In this document: positions 41,599-51,071 of the stretch, piece by piece
Numbering within the stretch: the first letter of the stretch is position 1
Layout: every line of letters begins with the position of its first letter
Source of the DNA: Oscillospiraceae bacterium
GTDB taxonomy: Bacteria > Bacillota > Clostridia > Oscillospirales > Oscillospiraceae
NCBI GenBank assembly: GCA_017411225.1
Contig: JAFRDQ010000065.1
Coordinates: 588-64,587, forward strand
Length of the DNA stretch: 64,000 nt
Direction: 5' to 3'
Notes under the pieces: generated by a model
What the model was told of the DNA's origin: nothing
Database searches by the model: none
Seen by the model: the letters and a program-made list of their open reading frames with translations, nothing else
Translations under genes and position numbers: made by a program

Positions 41599-43209
41599 TT
41601 ACCAGCCGAGCTCATCGTCGAAGTCCACGAGCGTCGGATCGATCGGCTCCTCGTGGAGCACGTTCTGCATATACTGATTGACCGCCTTGCGCCCCTCGCT
41701 GCTCGGCACGATGCGGCAGTCCATGAGCGAGTGCGGCAGCCAGACGATGTGGAAGCGGTCGCTGTGGCGGCGCATCTCCTCCTCGAGCAGACCCTGCGCG
41801 CCGGCCATGCCCTTGCAGCCAATGTCGTCATACATGATGATCATGTCGCAGTTGAACTTCTCCGCCGTCTCCCACATCTGCATCAGATGGCGGTTGCCGC
41901 CGACGGTGTGCGTGCGCATCGGCGTGCGGGCGTACCAGTCGGCGAGATCGTTCATCATGAGCGCCTCGTCGGAGGTGTCGACCAGGTTGTGCCCGGTGAG
42001 GGAGTCCATGTTAATGACCGTCAGCACGCCCCAGCAGTTATAAAGCCAGAGGATGACGTTGGCGTTGTACGTCGAGCCGCAGGACCACGCGAGCGCGCGG
42101 TGGCGCACATGGGAAAAGGGCTGAATGTCGCGCCGGACGCACTTTTCGAAGATCTTCAGGATCTTTTTGTTCGCCTTGAGGAAGTACTGGTTGCCGCCCT
42201 GCTGGTAGAAATAGATGCGCCACATGCCCTGCACGACGGGGTTCATGGGGCCGTTGTTCGTGTTGGCATAGACGTCCCACCGCTCGAGCGAGCCGCGGTT
42301 GAAGGTGTTCGTGTTCTCAATATGCCGCTTGAAGGCGTCCCAGTCGAACTTGCGGCCGAGCTGCTTTTCGAGAAACTCGATCGCGTCGTAGATCTCGTGC
42401 ACGCCGAGCTCACGCGTCGTCGGGTCGTCGTACATGAGCGGCATGGTGAACGGGTGCACGGCCTTCTCGCCGTCGTTGGAGATTGCGCGCCACATGGCGT
42501 TGTTGTCCATCATGTTCGCGTCGCAGGGCGTGTTCGTCGTGAGCCAGCAGTCGCCGAAATCGGGATATTCGTCCTCGACGGCGACGCCGGTTTCCAGCAG
42601 CGGCAGCGTGCACATCTCGCCCGGAATGCCGCAGGAGATGGCCTGATCGATGTAGTAGCAGCCGAGCTGCTTGCGAAGCAGCGGCATCATGAACGCGCAG
42701 TACTGCGGAATGTTCATCGCCTCGATGCCGGGAAAGCCGTAGATGATGTGCTTCGGGAGCGTATAGTCAAAGGTGATGGTCGTGTCCGTCCACTTCGTCT
42801 CGCCGAGATTGCGGTCGGCGCGGAGCATCTTCCAGAGGGCGTTCACCGTATCGGCCACCATGCACTCCACGGCGGCGGTGTCCGCCCGCAGGGTCATGCC
42901 GCGGTCGCCGTCGAGCCAGCGGTCCACCATCATCGGCGTGCCGAGATAGGCCGCGAGCCAGCGGTATTTCCAGAACGCCTTCGCCATCCGGACGGGATTG
43001 CGGGCGATGAGCCCCGCCATTGTGACCCAGAGCTTTGCCCAGTGGACAAAGGCATAGGTCGTGTCGCGCACGCCGCGCCATTCGCGCCGGGCGTAGAAGT
43101 TCGTGCCCTCGATGAGGCGCTGGCCGAGATAGTGGCACGGCTCGTCGCCCCGGAGAAAATGCCCGAGCGTGCCGTACTGCTCGCGGATGCTGATCTTCCG
43201 TTTCCACAT
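41599..43209 (-). CDS. 2-hydroxyacyl-CoA dehydratase family protein (HgdA/BcrC-like large subunit) with an extended N-terminus
   Basis: 536 aa; family-like blocks (GIPGEMCTLP, TNTPCDANMM, MYDDIGCKGMAG). Paired with the adjacent family member. Confidence 0.8.
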   Translation of the reverse strand: MWKRKISIREQYGTLGHFLRGDEPCHYLGQRLIEGTNFYARREWRGVRDTTYAFVHWAKLWVTMAGLIARNPVRMAKAFWKYRWLAAYLGTPMMVDRWLDGDRGMTLRADTAAVECMVADTVNALWKMLRADRNLGETKWTDTTITFDYTLPKHIIYGFPGIEAMNIPQYCAFMMPLLRKQLGCYYIDQAISCGIPGEMCTLPLLETGVAVEDEYPDFGDCWLTTNTPCDANMMDNNAMWRAISNDGEKAVHPFTMPLMYDDPTTRELGVHEIYDAIEFLEKQLGRKFDWDAFKRHIENTNTFNRGSLERWDVYANTNNGPMNPVVQGMWRIYFYQQGGNQYFLKANKKILKIFEKCVRRDIQPFSHVRHRALAWSCGSTYNANVILWLYNCWGVLTVINMDSLTGHNLVDTSDEALMMNDLADWYARTPMRTHTVGGNRHLMQMWETAEKFNCDMIIMYDDIGCKGMAGAQGLLEEEMRRHSDRFHIVWLPHSLMDCRIVPSSEGRKAVNQYMQNVLHEEPIDPTLVDFDDELGW

Positions 43210-43213
43210 GGCC

Positions 43214-44413
43214 TTATCCCTCCTTCTGAATGCGCTTGATCTCCAGCGACTCGACGAACGCCTGGAAGCGCGTGCGCAGCTGTCCGCTGGAGGCGTTGGT
43301 GTAGTCCGTCTCGATCTGACAGGTCGGGATCGAGCCGGGCAGCTTGTGCCCCTCGGAGAGCCATTTGCCGGCGATCGCCCGCTCGTAGCCCCAGTATTCG
43401 CAGAACTTCATGTTCTCCAAAATCACGCCCTCCGCGCCGTAGGCCTTTGCGAGGTTGTACATATACTCGCGCCGGCCGACGGTGGCCTCGGTGCCCATCG
43501 GGCGCGGGCACTCGTTGATCGTCATGTAATGCCGCGCGATCGCGTCGAGCGCGTCCTGTCCCGGCGCGATCTCGATCTGCTCGCGCCCCGGAAGAGAACC
43601 GAAACAGTAGCGGTCGGCGACGACCATTGCGCCGGTCATCTCCAGCAGCTTCGTGATCGCGGGATCGTCGAGCTCCGAGCCGACGAGCATCACCCGTGCG
43701 CGGTACCATGGCTTTGGGTCCGGCTCGCGCGTTTGAAGCTCTTCAAGGGTCTCGCGCAGAAGCGGCAGAATCAGCTGCTTCGGGCACGTGAGGCTCACGA
43801 GCTGGATCACGTGAAATTCACAGCCCGTGATGACGGGATTTTCCGCCTTGCGGAGATCTCCGATCTCGGTGATGATGCGGCAGAGCTCGTTGTGCCGCTC
43901 GACCGCCTCGCGCAGGCGCTGCTCCGAGAAGTCCACGCCGAAGCGCTCGGAGAGCGGCTGCACGACCTTCTGCTCCAGCTGGCGGCGGAAGTAGCCGCCG
44001 TACCACTCCCCTTTTTTGATCGGCATGTCGATGCAGCCGAAATAGAACTGTTCGTTCGGGATCAGCTCGCAGTATTCGAAATACTGCTCCATGCGGTTCA
44101 TCGTGGTGCAGCACTCCTGCCCGATCAGCGCGGAGATGAAATTGTACCCGCCCTCGAACGCGCGCTCGAGGATGCTTCGGGAGTAGGAGCAGGAGCGGTT
44201 CGTCATGTAATACGTGGCGAGGTCCGGATTCGTGCAGCCGGGCGCGCGCAGACGGACGCCGAAGCAGCCCTCCACGTCGAGCAGCGGCTCGGGAATGTAG
44301 GAGCAGTTGTAGGCGAGCGCGATTTTCCCCTCGGCGCACGCCTGCCGAACAAGGGCGTTGTTCGCCTCGCGCAGCAGCTCCTCAAAGTAGGCCAGATGCT
44401 TCAAGTCTCTCAA
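43214..44413 (-). CDS. 2-hydroxyacyl-CoA dehydratase family protein (HgdB/BadD-like subunit)
   Basis: 399 aa; LAYNCSYIPEPLL, NRSCSYSRSILE and MKFCEYWGYE cysteine blocks typical of the family. Confidence 0.85.
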   Translation of the reverse strand: MRDLKHLAYFEELLREANNALVRQACAEGKIALAYNCSYIPEPLLDVEGCFGVRLRAPGCTNPDLATYYMTNRSCSYSRSILERAFEGGYNFISALIGQECCTTMNRMEQYFEYCELIPNEQFYFGCIDMPIKKGEWYGGYFRRQLEQKVVQPLSERFGVDFSEQRLREAVERHNELCRIITEIGDLRKAENPVITGCEFHVIQLVSLTCPKQLILPLLRETLEELQTREPDPKPWYRARVMLVGSELDDPAITKLLEMTGAMVVADRYCFGSLPGREQIEIAPGQDALDAIARHYMTINECPRPMGTEATVGRREYMYNLAKAYGAEGVILENMKFCEYWGYERAIAGKWLSEGHKLPGSIPTCQIETDYTNASSGQLRTRFQAFVESLEIKRIQKEG

Positions 44414-44514
44414 GGTGTCCTCTCCTCCTTTTTTCGGTTTTTTGCTCTGCTTCCAATTTAGGAAACAAAAAACTGGATTTCAAGGTTCATAAATGGTAAA
44501 ATGTTCTATACGGT

Positions 44515-44532
44515 ACAAATCCGCGGATTTGT
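44515..44532. promoter_or_regulatory. Perfect 18-bp palindrome; probable TetR operator
   Basis: ACAAATCCGCGGATTTGT lies in the divergent region, about 13 nt downstream of a TGgTAAAAT extended -10 facing the TetR gene. Confidence 0.5.
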
Positions 44533-44606
44533 TCATACAGTTTTGCCCAAAATGGCCTGTATCAGACAAAGAAGGCAACGTGTGTCGCGCACAGGAGGGG
44601 CGAACC

Positions 44607-45188
44607 ATGCACGAACATCTGGATCTGAAGCGAAAGAAAACCTATGCTGCGCTGCTCCGCGCGTTCGAAGCGCTGATGAAGGAGAAATCCTTCGACGAGC
44701 TCACCGTGCACGAGCTCTGTCAGCGCGCGGATGTCGGGCGGAACACCTTCTACGCGCATTTTGAGGACAAATACGCCTTCTTCCAGTATTACATCACACT
44801 GCGGAAGGAGCAGATCGAGGCAGTCTCCGCCGCGCCGGGGGACGATTTTCTCGCATTTCGCCTGCGCGTGGTGAAGGAGCTGTTCGTCTATCTGCGGGAC
44901 AACCGGTTCATCTGGGAGAAGAACATCTCGAGCCCGTCGGCCTGGAAGCTGCGAGACATGATGAAGGACAATGTGAAAGCGCCGCTCATCGAGGAGCTGA
45001 CAAAGCTGGAGCAGCAGTCCGGACGGCGGCTCGCCGTGTCGAAAAACCTGCTGGCGAGCTTTTATGCCAGCGGGATCATCGAGGTGTTCACTGAGAGCTT
45101 ATACAACGAGCGCATCCCGGAGCAGCAGGTGCTGGAGGATCTGGAGCGCATCTGTGCGCTGCTGTTCAAGGACGCGCTGTTTGAATGA
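44607..45188 (+). CDS. TetR/AcrR-family transcriptional regulator
   Basis: Start trimmed to MHEHLDLKRKKTY. HTH FDELTVHELCQRADVGRNTFYAHFEDKY. Confidence 0.88.
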   Translation: MHEHLDLKRKKTYAALLRAFEALMKEKSFDELTVHELCQRADVGRNTFYAHFEDKYAFFQYYITLRKEQIEAVSAAPGDDFLAFRLRVVKELFVYLRDNRFIWEKNISSPSAWKLRDMMKDNVKAPLIEELTKLEQQSGRRLAVSKNLLASFYASGIIEVFTESLYNERIPEQQVLEDLERICALLFKDALFE

Positions 45189-45204
45189 GAAAGGAGAAAG
45201 AAAT

Positions 45205-45444
45205 ATGCGGCTGGATAAATATTTGAAGGTCTCGCGGCTGATTAAGCGGCGCACTGTCGCAAACGAGGCCTGTGACGGCGGGCGCGTGACCGTGAACGGC
45301 CGTCCCGCCAAGGCGAGCTACGATGTGAAGGTCGGCGACGTGATCGAGATCGCCTTCGGCCAGCGGACGCTGAAGGTCGAGGTCGCCGCCGTGGAGGAAA
45401 ACGCGAAAAAAGACGAGGCCGCCGCCATGTACAAAGAGATTTAA
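45205..45444 (+). CDS. S4-domain RNA-binding protein (YabO/Hsp15-like)
   Basis: Start trimmed to MRLDKYLKVSRLIKRRTVANEACDGGRVTVNG (SD AAAGGAGAAAG). 79 aa. Confidence 0.85.
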   Translation: MRLDKYLKVSRLIKRRTVANEACDGGRVTVNGRPAKASYDVKVGDVIEIAFGQRTLKVEVAAVEENAKKDEAAAMYKEI

Positions 45445-45511
45445 GGCTTGTGTCATCGACATTTTTCGTTTATACTGATTAGGCTAGAAACTAATAGAGG
45501 AGGAATCCCCC

Positions 45512-46339
45512 ATGGACTACGAAAGACTCATCAACACCCGCCTGTTTCTGCTCGACATGGACGGCACGCTCTATCTGGGCGACGACGTGTTTGACGGCGC
45601 GGTGGACTTCATCCACTCCATCTCCGAGACCGGACGCAACTACATTTACCTGACGAACAACTCCTCCCGCGCGGGCGTTGATTACATCACCCGTCTGCGC
45701 AAGCTGGGCTTCCCGTGCGAGGCGGAAAACGTGTTCACCTCCGGCATGGCCACGGGCGAGTATCTGAACCAGAACTACCCCGGCGCGAAGGTCTATCTCG
45801 CCGGCACGAAGGCCTTTTACCGCGAGCTGCAGAGCTACGGCATCGATCTCGTGAACGACGAGAACGGCCACACCGACGTCGACACCGTCGACGTCGTGGT
45901 GCAGGGCTTCGACACCGAGCTCGTGTATGAGAAGCTCGATCTTGCCTGCCACTTCCTGCGCCGCGGGGCGAAGTTCATCGCCGCGAACCCCGACTGGGTC
46001 TGCCCGATGCCCGCCGACGAGGTGCTCCCCGACTGCGGCAGCATCTGCGCGCTGCTGACCGCCGCCTCCGGCGTGAAGCCCGAATACATCGGCAAGCCCA
46101 ACCGCAACATGATCGACGTCGTGAGCAAGATGACCGGCGTGCCGAACGAGAACATCTGCGCCGTGGGCGACCGGCTCTATACCGACATCGCCGTGGCGAA
46201 AAACGCGGGGAGCGTGTCCGTCTGCGTCCTCTCCGGCGAGAGCAGCGAGCAGGACATCGCCGAGAGCGAGGTCAAGCCCGACTATGTGCTCCAGAACGTG
46301 GCAGAGATCGCCAAGATCCTCCGCGCGGCGGAGAAGTAA
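45512..46339 (+). CDS. HAD-IIA family hydrolase (NagD-like)
   Basis: LFLLDMDGTLY motif I, YLTNNSS, GKP ... VGDRLYTDI. Confidence 0.88.
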   Translation: MDYERLINTRLFLLDMDGTLYLGDDVFDGAVDFIHSISETGRNYIYLTNNSSRAGVDYITRLRKLGFPCEAENVFTSGMATGEYLNQNYPGAKVYLAGTKAFYRELQSYGIDLVNDENGHTDVDTVDVVVQGFDTELVYEKLDLACHFLRRGAKFIAANPDWVCPMPADEVLPDCGSICALLTAASGVKPEYIGKPNRNMIDVVSKMTGVPNENICAVGDRLYTDIAVAKNAGSVSVCVLSGESSEQDIAESEVKPDYVLQNVAEIAKILRAAEK

Positions 46340-46356
46340 TAAAAGCCGGCACTTTC

Positions 46357-46498
46357 GTAGGGGAGGGGCTTGCCCCTCCCGGCGTACCGGAATAAACCAA
46401 TCAAACAGAGTGAGGCGAATTCGTACAGACTGCGAATTCGCCTCACTCTTTCTTTGTCTGAAAATCATCTGCACGGGAGGGGCAAGCCCCTCCCCTAC
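46357..46498. repeat. REP-like inverted doublet C
   Basis: Same 24-nt ends. Core AGAGTGAGGCGAATTCGtacagacTGCGAATTCGCCTCACTCT followed by a T-rich run. Confidence 0.9.
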
Positions 46499-46525
46499 GG
46501 TCAGATGATCCCGTTTCCTATCATC

Positions 46526-47554
46526 TTATAACAAATGCTTATGACTCTCGTAAAATTCTCTGTAGTCCTTGAGCATGTATTTCAGCAGATTCGGCGTGTC
46601 GAGCTCGTAGGGGCATTTGCTGGCGCAGCTGCGGCAGCCGATGCAGTCGTTGATCTTCTCCATCTTGGCCTGCCACTCCGGCGTCATGTACGGCTGCCAC
46701 GGCGAGCGGCGCAGGAGCATATTCATGCGCGCGCACTGGCGGATCTCGATGCCCATGGGACATGGCATGCAGTAGCCGCAGCTGCGGCAGAATGAGCCGG
46801 AGAGCTCGCGGCGCTCCTTCTGGATGAACGCGTCGAGCTCGGCGTCCATGTGCGGGTCCTCCTCGGCCATCTGCAGCCATTCCTGCAGCTCCTCCATCTT
46901 CTGGATGCCCCAGATGGGCACGACGTTGTCATAGCAGTTCATGAACGCGTGGCAGGCGCGGGCATTCGTGAGCATGCCGCCGGCGAGGCCCTTCATGGCG
47001 ATATAGCCCATATCGGCCTCTTTGCATTTTTCGGCCAGCGCGAGATCGCGCTCGGCGGAGATGTAGCTGAACGGGAACTGCAGCGTCTCGAAGAGGCCGG
47101 AGGCGATGCACTGCTCCGCCACGGCGACGCGGTGCGTCGTGACGCCGATGTGGTCGATCCAGCCGCGCGCCTTGGCCTCGAGCGCGCCGGCATAGGCGCC
47201 GTCGGGGTCGTTCGGGTCCGGCACCTCCGGCACCTGATGGAACTGGAAGAGGTCGATGTGATCGGTCTTCATCATCTTGAGGCTGTTTTCAATGTGCGCG
47301 AGGACGCCGGCCTTGTCGCGCGCGGCGCTCTTGGTGGAGATCACGATCTGATCACGCACGTCGCTGAGCGCGAGGCCGATCTTCTCCTCGCTGTCGGTAT
47401 AGGCGTTGGCGGTGTCAAAATAGCGGATGCCGCCGTCGAAGGCGGCTCGGAGGAGCTGCACCGCGTCCTCCATCGAGCAGCGCTGCACCGGCAGGCAGCC
47501 CATGGCGGTCTTCGTCACGACGAGACCGGTTTTCCCGAGCGTCAGAGTTTTCAT
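46526..47554 (-). CDS. Aldo/keto reductase with a C-terminal 4Fe-4S-binding extension
   Basis: AKR N-terminus (GCLPVQR, YFDTANAY) and CRSCGYCMPCP / CIGCRSCASKCP motifs. Confidence 0.88.
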   Translation of the reverse strand: MKTLTLGKTGLVVTKTAMGCLPVQRCSMEDAVQLLRAAFDGGIRYFDTANAYTDSEEKIGLALSDVRDQIVISTKSAARDKAGVLAHIENSLKMMKTDHIDLFQFHQVPEVPDPNDPDGAYAGALEAKARGWIDHIGVTTHRVAVAEQCIASGLFETLQFPFSYISAERDLALAEKCKEADMGYIAMKGLAGGMLTNARACHAFMNCYDNVVPIWGIQKMEELQEWLQMAEEDPHMDAELDAFIQKERRELSGSFCRSCGYCMPCPMGIEIRQCARMNMLLRRSPWQPYMTPEWQAKMEKINDCIGCRSCASKCPYELDTPNLLKYMLKDYREFYESHKHLL

Positions 47555-47720
47555 ATCTGTGTTTCCTCCCGTTGGATGGTGGTTTTTGCTATTGTATCAC
47601 AACACGCGCAAAAGGAAAAGCGCGGTTTTTTATCTTGTCCAAAAATTGCACCTCGGTTTCTGATATGATACAATGGAGAGCAGAAAAACGCAGAAAAACG
47701 AAGTGACAGGAGGGATCTTG

Positions 47721-50700
47721 ATGCTCCAGATTCTCTTCGGCGCGCCGGGGTCGGGCAAGACTGCGGCGCTGATGCAGAGCATCCGCGAGGGCGTGCGGCA
47801 GAAGCGGCCCGGGCAGATGCTGATCGTGCCGGAGCAATACAGTCATGAGGCGGAGCGCGAGCTGTGCGCCGTCTGTGGGGACACAGCGCCCTTATACGCC
47901 GAGGTGCTGAGCTTCACGGGCCTTGCCCGCAAGGTGGCAGACGAGGTGGGCGGGGTCTCCGCCCTGCCGATGCTCGACAAAGGCGGCAGGCTCCTGTGCA
48001 TGGCGCGGGCGATGAGCCAGATTGCTCCGCGGCTGCAGGTGTTCTCCGGCGGCGGCAGAAGCGCGCAGCTGCAGCAGGCGCTGCTCGCGGCGGTGGATGA
48101 GCTCAAGCTTGCCTGCGTCTCCTCCGAGACGCTCGCTGCCACAGCCGCCGAGTGCGGCGGCTATCTGGGGCAGAAGCTCTCGGATCTGGCGCTCATTCTC
48201 TCGGCCTATGACGCCGTGGCGGCGAACGGCTCCGCCGACCCGACCGACCGCTTGACCGTGCTCGCGCAGCAGATCCCGGCGAGCAGCTTAGATCGCGCGC
48301 GCATCTTCATCGACGGGTTTACGGACTTCACCGCGCAGGAGCAAAGCGTGATCCACGTGCTGCTGAAAAAGGGTGCGGACGTGACGGTCTGCCTCACGCT
48401 CGACACGCTCGGCGCGGGCAGCGAGCTCTATGCAGCGCAGCGCCGGACGGCGCATCTTCTGATCGCGGACGCCGAGGGGCTGAACCTTCCGCACACCGTG
48501 CGCGAGCTGCCGCAGGCGGCAGACAAGCGGGATCCGGCGCTGCGGATCTTAAATCAGCATCTCTTTTCCTACACCGGCGAGACCTTCGAGGATGAAAACG
48601 GCGCGGTCTCGCTGTATGAGGCGGACGGCATTGAGGCCGAATGCGAGCTTGCGGCGGCGAAGGCGCTCGCGCTCGTGCGCGGCGGCTGCCGCTGGCGGGA
48701 CATTGCCATCGCGGCGCGGGGCTTCGAGAGCTATCAGGGCGCGCTGGAGCGCGCGATGGCGCACTACGGCGTGCCGCTCTACTGCACGCAGCGCACAGAC
48801 CTGCTGCAAAAGCCGCTCGGCGCGCTCATCCGCGCGGCCTACGACGTGATCTCCGGCGGCTGGGACAGCGAGGACGTGATCGCCTGTCTCCGCACGGGGC
48901 TCACGGCGCTCTCGCCCGAGGACGTGGATCTGCTTGAAAATTACGCGCTGCTCTGGTCGGTGCGCGGCACGATGTGGACGCGCGCGGAGCCCTGGGTGCA
49001 GCATCCGATGGGCTACGGGCAGGACGAGACGGACGAGAGCCGCGCGCTGCTCGCGCGCATGGACGCGCTTCGCCGCGAGGCGGCGCGGCCGCTGCGCACG
49101 CTGGAATTTGCCTCCAGGGAAGCCACGACCGCGCGCGGACAGGCAATGGCGCTCGCGCGCTTTTTCGACGCGCTGGGTCTCGCCGAGAGGCTCGAAGCGC
49201 TCTCAGAGCAGCTGAGAGCGGACGGGCGCGAGGCGCTTGCCGCAGAATACGAGCAGATCTGGGAGATCCTCATCGGCGCGCTCGAGCAGTTTGCCGCGAT
49301 CCTCGGCGAGACGGAGATGGACGCGGAGAGCTTTTCGCGGCTGTTTCTCCTGATGCTCTCGAAATACGACGTGGGCACGATCCCGGTCTCGCTCGACCGC
49401 GTGACGGCGGGCGAGCTCGACCGGATGCGCCGCCGCGGCGTGAAGCACCTCATTTTCCTCGGCTGCACGGACGACCGCATTCCCCGCGCGGGGGAGGCGC
49501 CGGGCGTGTTCTCCATCAAGGAGCGGCAGGAGCTGCTCTCTTACAACGTGGACATCGGCGGCGGGCGCGAGGAGGATCTCTGGCGCGAATATGCGCTCGC
49601 GGCCAGCGCCCTCTCCCTGCCGGACGAGAGTCTCACGATGGTGCGCTCCATGATGGGCGCGGAGGGGCAGCCGCTGAGCGAGGCGTTTTTCGTGACGAGG
49701 GCAAAGCAGCTTTTCTCTCTCTCGGCGCAGAAGGCCGAGCCGCTCCGGTGCAAAACGGGCGCGGCCGCCCCGGCGCTGGAGCTCGCGGCGCGCGCAATGC
49801 GCGGCGCGGAGGACGAGGGCTCTCTGGCGGCCTATGCGTGGTACGCCGAGAGAGCGCCGGAGAAGCTCGCGCAGTTTCGCCGTCGGGCGGCGCTGCTGCG
49901 CTCCTCGCTCTCGCCGGAGCGCTCTCAGGCGCTCTTCGGGCAGCAGACGCGGCTTTCCGCCTCGCGCACGGAGCGGTATGCCGCCTGCCCCTACGCGTTC
50001 TTCCTCGAATACGGGCTCAAGGCCAAGCCCCGGCGGCAGGAGACCTTTGCAGCGCCCGAGATCGGCACGTTCATCCACGCGATTCTCGAGCAGGTGGCGG
50101 GCGAAACCATGCGCCGCGGCGGCTTCAAGAGCGTTTCCGACGAGACGCTCCTTGCCCTCACGGACGAGGCCGTGGAGCGGTATATCGATGCTGAGCTCGG
50201 CGGGCTTAAAGACCGCTCGGCGCGGTTTTCGTATCTGTTCCGCCGCCTGACCGCCTCGGCGCGGCAGATCGTGCTGGACATGGCGGGCGAGCTGCGCGTG
50301 TCACAGTTTGCGCCGCTGGACTTTGAGCTGAACTTCGCAGACCCCGAGATGCTGCCGCCGGTGCGCCTTTCGGACGGGGAAACGACGCTCACGCTCACCG
50401 GCATTGCCGACCGCGTGGACGGCTGGGAGCATGACGGAAAGCTCTATCTGCGCGTGGTGGACTACAAGACCGGGCGCAAGGCATTCTCGCTCTCGGACGT
50501 GTATTACGGACTGGGGCTGCAGATGCTGCTCTATCTCTTTGCGCTCGGGAAAAACGGCAAGGAGCGCTACCACATGGAAATCGTGCCGGCGGGCGTGCTG
50601 TACCACCCGGCGCGGGACTCGATCCTCTCCTTCGACTCCGACGCGGACGACGGAGAGATTCAGAAAAAGCGGCTGTCCGAGCTGCGGCGGTCGGGTCTCG

Positions 50701-51071
50701 TGCTCGACGGCGACGGCGTGCTCGACGCGATGGACGACGAGGAGAAAAAGCAATATGTGACGCTGCGGCGCGTGGGCACGGTCTCGGGCAAGGGCGTCGA
50801 CCTCGCGAAGGCGGAGGATCTCGGGCGGCTCGCGCGGCACATGGAGGAGACGCTCCTTGCGCTGACGAAAGAGCTGCGCGAGGGAAAAATCCCGGCAAAG
50901 CCGATCTGGCGGACGCCCTCGGATCACGCGTGCCAATACTGCGACTATACGCATGTGTGCCACTTCTCCCCCGGCGAGCGGGGCGACTCCGCGCGCGTGC
51001 TCACACCGCTGCTGCCCGATGACGTCTGGGCGAGGCTGAAGGAAGAGGAAGGAGGCGACGGCAATGGCTGA
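47721..51071 (+). CDS. addB: Helicase-exonuclease AddAB, subunit AddB
   Basis: Start trimmed to MLQILFGAPGSGKT (Walker A). C-terminal nuclease with Cys cluster (CPYAFF ... CQYCDYTHVC). 8-nt overlap with addA. Confidence 0.9.
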   Translation: MLQILFGAPGSGKTAALMQSIREGVRQKRPGQMLIVPEQYSHEAERELCAVCGDTAPLYAEVLSFTGLARKVADEVGGVSALPMLDKGGRLLCMARAMSQIAPRLQVFSGGGRSAQLQQALLAAVDELKLACVSSETLAATAAECGGYLGQKLSDLALILSAYDAVAANGSADPTDRLTVLAQQIPASSLDRARIFIDGFTDFTAQEQSVIHVLLKKGADVTVCLTLDTLGAGSELYAAQRRTAHLLIADAEGLNLPHTVRELPQAADKRDPALRILNQHLFSYTGETFEDENGAVSLYEADGIEAECELAAAKALALVRGGCRWRDIAIAARGFESYQGALERAMAHYGVPLYCTQRTDLLQKPLGALIRAAYDVISGGWDSEDVIACLRTGLTALSPEDVDLLENYALLWSVRGTMWTRAEPWVQHPMGYGQDETDESRALLARMDALRREAARPLRTLEFASREATTARGQAMALARFFDALGLAERLEALSEQLRADGREALAAEYEQIWEILIGALEQFAAILGETEMDAESFSRLFLLMLSKYDVGTIPVSLDRVTAGELDRMRRRGVKHLIFLGCTDDRIPRAGEAPGVFSIKERQELLSYNVDIGGGREEDLWREYALAASALSLPDESLTMVRSMMGAEGQPLSEAFFVTRAKQLFSLSAQKAEPLRCKTGAAAPALELAARAMRGAEDEGSLAAYAWYAERAPEKLAQFRRRAALLRSSLSPERSQALFGQQTRLSASRTERYAACPYAFFLEYGLKAKPRRQETFAAPEIGTFIHAILEQVAGETMRRGGFKSVSDETLLALTDEAVERYIDAELGGLKDRSARFSYLFRRLTASARQIVLDMAGELRVSQFAPLDFELNFADPEMLPPVRLSDGETTLTLTGIADRVDGWEHDGKLYLRVVDYKTGRKAFSLSDVYYGLGLQMLLYLFALGKNGKERYHMEIVPAGVLYHPARDSILSFDSDADDGEIQKKRLSELRRSGLVLDGDGVLDAMDDEEKKQYVTLRRVGTVSGKGVDLAKAEDLGRLARHMEETLLALTKELREGKIPAKPIWRTPSDHACQYCDYTHVCHFSPGERGDSARVLTPLLPDDVWARLKEEEGGDGNG

